From positions 128,001-192,000 of the forward strand of contig LDXK01000001.1 of NCBI GenBank assembly GCA_001443395.1: 64,000 nucleotides of DNA, read 5' to 3'. This DNA is from a candidate division WWE3 bacterium CSP1-7. GTDB taxonomy: Bacteria; Patescibacteriota; WWE3; 9FT-COMBO-53-11. Under the pieces are notes generated by a model that ran no database searches, had not been told where the DNA came from, and saw only the letters and a program-made list of their open reading frames with translations. The translations under genes were made by a program, and so were the position numbers. This document shows positions 12,093 to 19,394 of the stretch, piece after piece (the first letter of the stretch is position 1; each line of letters starts with the position of its first letter).

Positions 12093-12845
12093 TCAAGACA
12101 CCGGAGTCTTGAGAACGACCCGATTGATAAAGAGGGTGGACTCGAAGAGCAGGATCAGCGGCACCGTTAGCAGGGCCAGGGAGAGTAGGTCGGTCGGCGG
12201 TAGCAGACTGGCGAAGAGCAGGCAGATGAAGTAAACCATCGGCCGCTGGGAGGAGATCGTCCGGTAACCGAGGACACCGATCCGCATCAGCGCCGTTAGC
12301 ACGACCGGAAACTCAAAGGCCGCTCCCAGAAGGGAAGAAGTCACAATGATCTGGGAGAGCAGCGCGGAGACATCCAGAAGGTTGCCGACCTCCAGCTCCA
12401 ACGCCTTCTCATAGAAGAGGCTGATGACATACTTCATCACCGCCACCCCGTAGAAAAAGCCCACGAAGAAGAGGAAGATCACCAGCGGCATCAGCGTCAT
12501 GATAATCCGGAACTCCCTCTTCTTGAGCGCCGGCCGCAGAAAAGAAAAGATCTGGTAGAGGGCGAGCGGCAGGGCTGCGATCAGCCCGACGGCCAAGGCA
12601 GAGCTAAAGGCGAGGTTGATGAACTGGAACGGTGAGGTAAAGGCGATGTTAACCCCTTCGAACCGAAAGATTCTTAGGCTAAAGTTGATGATCTGTTCGT
12701 AGTAGACGAATCCCAGAACGGCGAAAACCAGGAAAAGGATGATGAAAAGGCGGACTCTCTTTTTGATTTCGTTCAAGAAGGGGCTGAATTTGTCAATGAG
12801 ACCTTCCCAACCTAAGTCGGCAGGTCTCTCGTTTTCTGGAGACAT
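12093..12845 (-). CDS. tatC: Twin-arginine translocase subunit TatC
   Basis: About 6 TM segments; YQIFSFLRPALKKRE, AFEFPV and PPTD...P..LLFE motifs; adjacent to tatA genes. Confidence 0.9.
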   Translation of the reverse strand: MSPENERPADLGWEGLIDKFSPFLNEIKKRVRLFIILFLVFAVLGFVYYEQIINFSLRIFRFEGVNIAFTSPFQFINLAFSSALAVGLIAALPLALYQIFSFLRPALKKREFRIIMTLMPLVIFLFFVGFFYGVAVMKYVISLFYEKALELEVGNLLDVSALLSQIIVTSSLLGAAFEFPVVLTALMRIGVLGYRTISSQRPMVYFICLLFASLLPPTDLLSLALLTVPLILLFESTLFINRVVLKTPVS

Positions 12846-12862
12846 TTTGGGGTAATTCCGAA

Positions 12863-13009
12863 CTACTCCTTACTTCCCGCGCTCTTCTTAAATTCGCTGA
12901 CGCCTTCCGCGATTCCTTTGATGAATTCGGGGACTTTGCGCGACCCGAAGAACACCAGGAGCAACAGAGACATCAGGATTAGTTCCGTAAGTCCGATTCT
13001 AACTGGCAC
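12863..13009 (-). CDS. tatA: TatA/E family protein (48 aa)
   Basis: GTG start after GGAGG; IGLTELIL...FFGSRKVPEFIKGIAEGVSEFKKS. Confidence 0.88.
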   Translation of the reverse strand: MPVRIGLTELILMSLLLLVFFGSRKVPEFIKGIAEGVSEFKKSAGSKE

Positions 13010-13328
13010 TCTTTTCACCCCCCTCCGGTTTTGATCCCTCCTTCGCCTTCTGGGCAAGTTGGGCAAGTTGGGCTACCTCCTGTTTGGCCATATCAACTGT
13101 GGGTGCTTCGGCGGCGGTTTCTTCCTCGGCCGGGGCGTTCAGAACATCGTTCACCGGCTTCTTGAGATCCTCGATCGCCTCCCGGTACTCCTTGCCGACT
13201 TTCTTGAATTCCTTCCCGGCCGCGCCGACGTCGCGGGCGATCTCGCTCGTTTTTTTGCTACCGAAGAGAATTGACAGGATGGCGATGAAGATAATGATGG
13301 CTTCCGCCGGACCGATGTTGGCTAACAT
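12999..13328 (-). CDS. TatA/B family protein
   Basis: NIGPAE...LFGSKKTSEIARDVGAAGKEFKK followed by an acidic tail. Confidence 0.85.
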   Translation of the reverse strand: MLANIGPAEAIIIFIAILSILFGSKKTSEIARDVGAAGKEFKKVGKEYREAIEDLKKPVNDVLNAPAEEETAAEAPTVDMAKQEVAQLAQLAQKAKEGSKPEGGEKSAS

Positions 13329-13356
13329 GTTCTAGGAAAATAGTAGCACAGCAACC

Positions 13357-13379
13357 AGGGTATAGGGTCTAGGGTTTAG
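13357..13379 (+). repeat. 7-bp tandem repeat AGGGTNT x3
   Basis: AGGGTAT AGGGTCT AGGGTTT AG. Confidence 0.7.
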
Positions 13380-13381
13380 CG

Positions 13382-14752
13382 TCACTTAAGTGATGCTAAA
13401 GTCGCTTTCACTTTCGTGTCTTTGAGAGTTTTTCCGGCAGAACCGGTACCGGTGTGGGCGGAAATCAGTTCATCCCAGACCGTATCGGCGGTCGCTTCGG
13501 CGATGGCGGTGATGTCCCCTCCCGTGATCGTTCCGGAGGTGTCCTCGAAAGTGTCAACACTGTCGGTCTTATCAATAGTTCCGGCGGTGTTCTTCGCGAT
13601 CGTGTGGTGGAGGCGGATGCCGGTGCGGACCACCCCGCTGCCGACATCGATCCCCCAGCCGGTGTTGTTGAAGATAAGGTTGTTCTCGAAGATATTATCG
13701 ACGATGTCCGTGAAACCGTCGGCCAGGTCGGCGCCGTCACCGGCGTTGCCGGAGATGATGCACTGGCGAACCTTGGCGATGCTAGTCGTCTCCCCGATGC
13801 TAATCCCGTTCCCGGCGCAGTCCTCGATCGCGCAGGTGTCGATAGTGGTCCGGGCGGAGCTGGAGACACTGATTCCGTTGCTGGTGGCGCCGCTCACCCA
13901 GACGTCTTTGATGAGGGCGTTGTCTCCCGTCACGACGATCCCGTTGTCCGTTCCGCCGGTTTCGGTGGTAACGTAGAACCCGGAGAACTCGACGTTGTCG
14001 GCACTAATGGTAATCGCGTCTCCGGTAGAACCAGGATCGAATTGGAAATTGTATCCCGGACCCCGAACCTTTAGAGAGGCAATGTCGATAGTAATTTTTT
14101 CGCCGGTGGTGGTGATTCCGTCGGAATCGGTTGCCAGAGCAAAGACTACATCGCTGCGGCCGGCGCCGCCATCGAGGTTGATCAGGGTTTTAACCTGAGC
14201 GAAAGTCTGCACTGCCGTGGAGGGCGTGGTACCGTTATTGGAATCGCTTCCGCCGGCCGGGCTCCAGTACCAAACAGATCCGATCGACGCGTGTCGACCT
14301 CGTAGAGATTCGATCAGGTACAGCGCCGCGTAATCGGAAGCGGGAGTCGCGATCGTCGCCGAAGAAGACTGAGCGATGGTCACTTGGGTGTTTTGAGTTG
14401 CAAAGACCGGGTTGTTATTGTAGATGTTGGTTGCAACCAAATTCCCCCCTCTGACGAAGCAAAGGACGGTCCCACCCTCCGCCACCGGCGGGAACCCCTC
14501 GTCTTCGACCTCCTGATCGGTCCGCGCCTCAAACGCCAATCGCCAATCATTGATCAGTTCCAAGGTGATACCCACCAGAATACCCCCACCCAAGTCCTGC
14601 TTACCGGAGGCGTTGACGATCTGAGCCACCTCCAGATTATGATTTTTCTCCTCAAACAGCCGGATATCGTCGTGCAAATCCTGAATCGTAAGCTCTCTCT
14701 GGGGTTTTTCGACGGTGATTACCTTAAGGGCTTTATCAAAAACGAGGGCCAT
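13382..14752 (-). CDS. Phage-tail-like protein with right-handed parallel beta-helix, no signal peptide
   Basis: Repeated GIxV/NxGxG beta-helix units; C-terminal IAEATADTVWDELISAHTGTGSAGKTL; N-terminal module resembles that of neighbours. Confidence 0.75.
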   Translation of the reverse strand: MALVFDKALKVITVEKPQRELTIQDLHDDIRLFEEKNHNLEVAQIVNASGKQDLGGGILVGITLELINDWRLAFEARTDQEVEDEGFPPVAEGGTVLCFVRGGNLVATNIYNNNPVFATQNTQVTIAQSSSATIATPASDYAALYLIESLRGRHASIGSVWYWSPAGGSDSNNGTTPSTAVQTFAQVKTLINLDGGAGRSDVVFALATDSDGITTTGEKITIDIASLKVRGPGYNFQFDPGSTGDAITISADNVEFSGFYVTTETGGTDNGIVVTGDNALIKDVWVSGATSNGISVSSSARTTIDTCAIEDCAGNGISIGETTSIAKVRQCIISGNAGDGADLADGFTDIVDNIFENNLIFNNTGWGIDVGSGVVRTGIRLHHTIAKNTAGTIDKTDSVDTFEDTSGTITGGDITAIAEATADTVWDELISAHTGTGSAGKTLKDTKVKATLASLK

Positions 14753-14753
14753 T

Positions 14754-14936
14754 TCATTTCTTTACCTTCTGGTGCGCCTCAATGATCACAATCATCTGGT
14801 TATCACGATCGATCCCTTCGTTTTCTTTGGCAATTGCCTCTTCAAAAATCTTGATATTCGCCTTCCTCTTTTTGATATCAGTTGAAAGCGCCTCTTTATC
14901 ATACTGTAGTGCTTCTTCGGAAGTTACCGGTTCCAT
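14754..14936 (-). CDS. Small coiled-coil protein (60 aa)
   Basis: ORF abuts the next gene in the operon; charged heptad pattern. Confidence 0.7.
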   Translation of the reverse strand: MEPVTSEEALQYDKEALSTDIKKRKANIKIFEEAIAKENEGIDRDNQMIVIIEAHQKVKK

Positions 14937-14952
14937 ATTTAGTAATTATTGG

Positions 14953-15282
14953 CTAACGCACGTATCCCGAGAACTTCTGTGGGGATTTTCTTTTGGTACT
15001 CTTAACAGACCTCTTATTTTTTGAAACTTTATTTTTTGTTTCTGGTTGAACTTCCGGTTCGACTTCTTCTTTAGTTAATTTGGCTACCGTAATTTTCTTG
15101 CTCTCAACTTCCCCCTCAGATCCAGATTTTATCTCACCAATCTTTTCTCTTTCATTGAATACCTCAATTTCTTTTTTCATTTCTTCCATGGTGCTTGCAC
15201 GCAATCTGGTATTCCCCCGAGGGTCGCGGGCGAAAAAGTATAATTTGCCTCCGCTTATAGCTTTCAAAACTTCAAACTTCAT
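14953..15282 (-). CDS. Hypothetical charged protein
   Basis: Co-oriented ORF in the operon with ATG start. Confidence 0.7.
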   Translation of the reverse strand: MKFEVLKAISGGKLYFFARDPRGNTRLRASTMEEMKKEIEVFNEREKIGEIKSGSEGEVESKKITVAKLTKEEVEPEVQPETKNKVSKNKRSVKSTKRKSPQKFSGYVR

Positions 15283-15316
15283 CGGATCTTATTATAAACC
15301 ACGCAAGCAGGTCACC

Positions 15317-17803
15317 TTACGGTGTAAAAATCGTGTCCGGCGTTCTAATAATGTTGTTAGACAAGCCGGTGCTGTCGATAGTTCCGCTGGCGTCGTAGGG
15401 AATGATGCCGTCATTTTCTGGAAGGTCCGCGTGCCTTGCCCTAACCCGCACGGCAGAGGTAGCGCGATTATCGATATCGTATGTAACGATATTTTGTTCA
15501 AATCCATCCGCCCCCGCTTCATACACATCAAGAACCGGAATGTAAACCCGATCCGCGGCCGCAGTGGTGATCGGCAAACCATTAAGTTGATATCCGTCAC
15601 CGCTCCAGCTAGTAACCGGTGTTGTTGTTAATTCGGTATCAGAAACAACTGCAAGCACATAGGCAATGACGGCTTCAGTAGTATTTCTGATTAGATCCCC
15701 TACTTTTGCCGTTGATGTAAAAGTCGCCCCAGAATCTGTCAGCGTATCGGTATCTCCTCCGGTTGCCGTCCCGGATGTGGCTGAAAGTACAAACGCGCCG
15801 TTGGGCCCGTTGCTCCAGCTGGTATACCTTATTCTGTACTCCAATTGAGCATCGGCATCGACTAACCGCAAAACCGCACCCGGTGAAACTTTTCCAGGTT
15901 CGTCCTTAGCAATCGGGGCGGTGAGATCAAGTGTGGTTTCCCCCGGAGCTTGGGCGGCAGTGGGAGTATAGTCATCTTTATCAATCTCTCCCGTAGCGGG
16001 AACGATCCTGAATACCCCAATTTTGTCACCTTCCTTGGTGTTAGTGACTTTGATCGTAATTTTGTCGGGGGCAGTGACAACATTTCCGTCATCGTCGGTG
16101 AGCTGATAATTGTTGGCATCTGCACCGGGGACATTAATCAATACAACCCCAGGAGCACAGAACCAAGTAACACCGGCAAAAGTACCTAACGGGGCGGATT
16201 TAATCGGGGTGATCCGCGTAAATGTATTGGTGGAAATGGTGTTTGTTCCATCGGTGACATCTTCATCTGGATCACTAGCCGGACCAAAAGTTCCTCGAGA
16301 ATTTCTCAAAATAACAATCTTATCTGTTTCGTTGACTTGAACAACTGTGCCCTTTGCTCCCGAAGTTGCTCCGGTTACCTCGGCACCTTCGGTAAGGGCA
16401 CCCGGAGCTGTGGACGTGTATTGAATCTTATAATCCGAACCGATGTATTGCTCCCCATCCATTCCATCGGTGTTAGCATCTTGGGTAATCTCTCCCCGAC
16501 GGGTTAGCCATTTAGTCCATTCGTAAACATCGGCCAGAAGCTCGTCGCTGCAGTCAATGATAATGGAGTAATTTTCGGGGGTGCCGTCCTCGTTTATATC
16601 GTAAGCACCACCGTCGTTCAAAGTTGCCCCACCGTGGGTAATTGAAACGCCTGCAAGAGCCGCCGGCCCGGAAGCGCTGGGAGCAGCGCTTGTCGCGCTT
16701 TCTCCTGTATCCGCTCCAGCCACTGGATCGTACTCTTTGACGGTATCGAGGTTGGCAAAATTGGAAAGGGTACCGATCAGATAATAATCACAATCCGTCG
16801 TACCGTTGACGGCAGTGAGCACTGCTTTTTTAGTTGCGGTCGGGTACGTTGCACCAACATAAAGATAATTACCCGCAGTGAAAGCCCCGGACGCGCCGGA
16901 AAGAGCGATATTCCAGTAGCCGGTAGTGTTGTTGAGGTCTTCTCCGGTAGAAAGCGGGATAGGGTTGCGACCACCGTTGGAAAGATCCACGATATAGTTG
17001 TCGTAGTTTTTTGTATAATGGCGGGCAAATACTGTCACAAATCCCTCATCGATGTACCCGCTAACTTCCCGGACCTTTACCAAAATGTCAATGTGGCCAT
17101 CGATCCACCAGTCGTAGTTAGTTGTCGGCTGGACGGAGGAAATCATCTTTGCACTGTCTTGAATCACGTATAGGTGCGTAATACTCTCATCCTCAAGAGT
17201 ACCGATAGAGTAGATGTTGGACCAAAGAGTTTCACCGTCTGCTACGGATGTCCACGTAGCGGTGTTGCTGCTACCTGCAGCAGTAATCGTACCGGAGTCA
17301 TCCCAGTCGTCACCGGCGGCACTTGTATCAGGTCGAATCCAGAGATAAGTTGTTGTCCCCGAACCGCGAATATCTAATAAAGTTCCGTCGTTAGTGCCAA
17401 GAGAAACATCATCACCGATATCGCCGGTATCAAGTGGGGTACCACCACTGTTATCGCACAATACTCTAACAACGCCGGTATTAGTGGCAGTTCTATCCCA
17501 AGAAGCAGTCTTGACTGCACCGCCAGTTAAATGCTCGACCGTAAAATCATCAATAAACCACGGGTCAGTGTCGCCGGCGTCGATTTTTCCAATGGTGTAC
17601 TCAGTCGGGGTCTGGGCGGACATTGGGACACCATCGTCCATTTGGCCAAGTTCGTCAAAATGATCTTGAAGACGGGAGTAAAGTTTCCTAACCGTACATG
17701 AACCGGAAACCCACTCGATCCGTTTTTGGCGGTTTTCTGCGCCATAATAAACGTTAAAAGTGGCATTATCTCCAGGGCCAGTAGTTGTAATCTGATCTGA
17801 CAT
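15317..17803 (-). CDS. Large T/G/D-rich phage-structural-like protein (828 aa), no signal peptide
   Basis: Long ORF; N-domain LYSRLQDHFDELGQMDDGVPMSAQTPTEYT shared with 18705/19037; C-domain shared with 19395..22214. Confidence 0.85.
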   Translation of the reverse strand: MSDQITTTGPGDNATFNVYYGAENRQKRIEWVSGSCTVRKLYSRLQDHFDELGQMDDGVPMSAQTPTEYTIGKIDAGDTDPWFIDDFTVEHLTGGAVKTASWDRTATNTGVVRVLCDNSGGTPLDTGDIGDDVSLGTNDGTLLDIRGSGTTTYLWIRPDTSAAGDDWDDSGTITAAGSSNTATWTSVADGETLWSNIYSIGTLEDESITHLYVIQDSAKMISSVQPTTNYDWWIDGHIDILVKVREVSGYIDEGFVTVFARHYTKNYDNYIVDLSNGGRNPIPLSTGEDLNNTTGYWNIALSGASGAFTAGNYLYVGATYPTATKKAVLTAVNGTTDCDYYLIGTLSNFANLDTVKEYDPVAGADTGESATSAAPSASGPAALAGVSITHGGATLNDGGAYDINEDGTPENYSIIIDCSDELLADVYEWTKWLTRRGEITQDANTDGMDGEQYIGSDYKIQYTSTAPGALTEGAEVTGATSGAKGTVVQVNETDKIVILRNSRGTFGPASDPDEDVTDGTNTISTNTFTRITPIKSAPLGTFAGVTWFCAPGVVLINVPGADANNYQLTDDDGNVVTAPDKITIKVTNTKEGDKIGVFRIVPATGEIDKDDYTPTAAQAPGETTLDLTAPIAKDEPGKVSPGAVLRLVDADAQLEYRIRYTSWSNGPNGAFVLSATSGTATGGDTDTLTDSGATFTSTAKVGDLIRNTTEAVIAYVLAVVSDTELTTTPVTSWSGDGYQLNGLPITTAAADRVYIPVLDVYEAGADGFEQNIVTYDIDNRATSAVRVRARHADLPENDGIIPYDASGTIDSTGLSNNIIRTPDTIFTP

Positions 17804-17880
17804 ATTTCGCTAATTAAAAAAGGGGCAAGGACGAAGCTTCTGGAAGAAGAATACTACAACGGGATACCCCTGTGTCAATA

Positions 17881-17920
17881 AGGGGTTGAACCCCTAACGT
17901 CAAACAGGGGTTGAACCCCT
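17881..17920. repeat. Two copies of the palindrome AGGGGTTGAACCCCT (REP-like, next to RAYT)
   Basis: Identical 15-mers at 17881-17895 and 17906-17920. Confidence 0.85.
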
Positions 17921-17968
17921 TGACATTCCTGTAAGGGATAGGGTAAAAGTAAATAATGCCGTCCAAAT

Positions 17969-17995
17969 GCTTCCCTTCGCTACGCTCAGGTTGCA
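17969..17995. repeat. REP-like family 2 (TCGCTACGCTC core)
   Basis: TGCTTCCCTTCGCTACGCTCAGGTTGCA; related copies at 44162-44244 (x2), 55729-55760 and 57781-57803. Confidence 0.7.
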
Positions 17996-18027
17996 TCTCG
18001 TTCGGTGAGATAAGGTAAGGAAGAAAT

Positions 18028-18675
18028 ATGCCATCAAAGTATGTCGTTCGAAATTTCGCCGAAGATTCCTACTACCACGTCTTCAATCGCGGGGTCGAGA
18101 AGCGGAACATTTTTCTGGATGAGGAGGACTACACTACTCTTCAGTCCTACCTCTTCAAATACCTCCAGCCGATCGAAAAAGTCGCCGAAAAATATCCGGA
18201 CACCCCCGTCCGCCTCTACGGAAAAAACCTCTCCGAGGAAGTCGAACTGGTCGCCTACTGCTTAATGCCGAACCATTTCCACCTCCTGTTGAAACAAAAC
18301 ACTAAGGACGGGGTCTCAAAACTGCTGAAGCGAGTCACCAACGCCTACACTCTTTATTTCAACCAGAAGAACGATCGGATCGGGGGGCTGATGCAGGGCA
18401 GGTTCAGAGCCGCTGGAATTGACAACGAGAGCCTATTCATTCACCTGGTCCGATACATCCATCTGAACCCGGTTGTTTCCGGACTAACCCAGGATTTAAC
18501 TAGCTACCGGTGGTCGAGCTACGGCGATTACCTCGGCCAGCCGGCGGAACTCCCCTCCTCCAAGAGCAAGGTCCTCTCCTATTTCCCTTCCGTCGGGGCG
18601 TTCAAAGGATTTCATGAGGACCAAATCGATTACGCGAAAGATCTGGAGAAAATCAAACATCTGGCAATTGATTAG
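18028..18675 (+). mobile_element. REP-associated tyrosine transposase (RAYT, HUH Y1 family)
   Basis: YYHVFNRGVEKRNIF, AYCLMPNHFHLL (HUH), RYIHLNPV (catalytic Tyr), YRWSSY; palindromes directly upstream. Confidence 0.9.
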
Positions 18676-18704
18676 AATTTAACCCTCGCCAAAGACGCCG
18701 AGGA

Positions 18705-19004
18705 TTACAGCAAGCCTCGCAACACCTTAAATTTTTTACCGTCCAACGACCTAACTTCCAACAGAAGGTCGCCGCCCTCGATGTGCCTCATCGCTCCATC
18801 GTCGATGACCCACTCATTGGTAAGAGAGTATTTCGTTTTTGATCCGGCCTCGATCGGGATCTCGTAATTCATATTCTGCGGCCGGGAAAATATTTCCTGG
18901 AGAAAAGAATAGAACTCGTTAGTTGAGTATGTGTCCCCGCTTCCCCTCGGGTTATAGCTAATCTTTCTATTTTTAAAATCGACATTGAAATCCTTATCAA
19001 TCAT
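18705..19004 (-). CDS. Small protein, stand-alone copy of the N-domain of the 828-aa protein
   Basis: EFYSFLQEIF...MNYEIPIEAGSKTKY.L.NEW.ID...GG; paralog of 19037..19393. Confidence 0.8.
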   Translation of the reverse strand: MIDKDFNVDFKNRKISYNPRGSGDTYSTNEFYSFLQEIFSRPQNMNYEIPIEAGSKTKYSLTNEWVIDDGAMRHIEGGDLLLEVRSLDGKKFKVLRGLL

Positions 19005-19036
19005 AAAGTTATCAGGTAACTAACTTCGCAGGACTA

Positions 19037-19393
19037 TCAGTAACCTTTCGGTATCATAGGCAAATTCGGGGCATTCAGGGGGTTTTTCCGTGGTCTATCT
19101 GGTTTTACTACTGTAACCGTAAAACGCTGGGATTCGGGGCGATCAATAGCCTCCAGCGTTCCACCCCTAAGGTGTTTCCGCACTTTTTTATCAATGGTCC
19201 AACCGTTGACGAGGAAATATTTCGTCTTTGACTCGGCCTCGATTGGGATATCATACTTCATGTTCCCCGCCTCGTTGAAAATATCCTGGAGATAGGAGTA
19301 AAACTCCAGAATCGTATACTCTCCCACACTTCCTTTCTGGGCGTAGTTAATCTTTTTGTTTTCGAAGTCGATCTTAAAGTCTTCGGCAATCAT
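19037..19393 (-). CDS. Small protein, stand-alone copy of the N-domain of the 828-aa protein
   Basis: EFYSYLQDIFNEAGNMKYDIPIEAESKTKYFLVNGWTID...LRGG. Confidence 0.8.
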   Translation of the reverse strand: MIAEDFKIDFENKKINYAQKGSVGEYTILEFYSYLQDIFNEAGNMKYDIPIEAESKTKYFLVNGWTIDKKVRKHLRGGTLEAIDRPESQRFTVTVVKPDRPRKNPLNAPNLPMIPKGY

Positions 19394-19394
19394 T

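Noticed and set aside
12863-13066. RRRRR stretch in the 67-aa ORF as a Tat signal
   Set aside because: It lies in an upstream extension overlapping the previous gene; the SD-supported GTG at 13009 gives a normal TatA.
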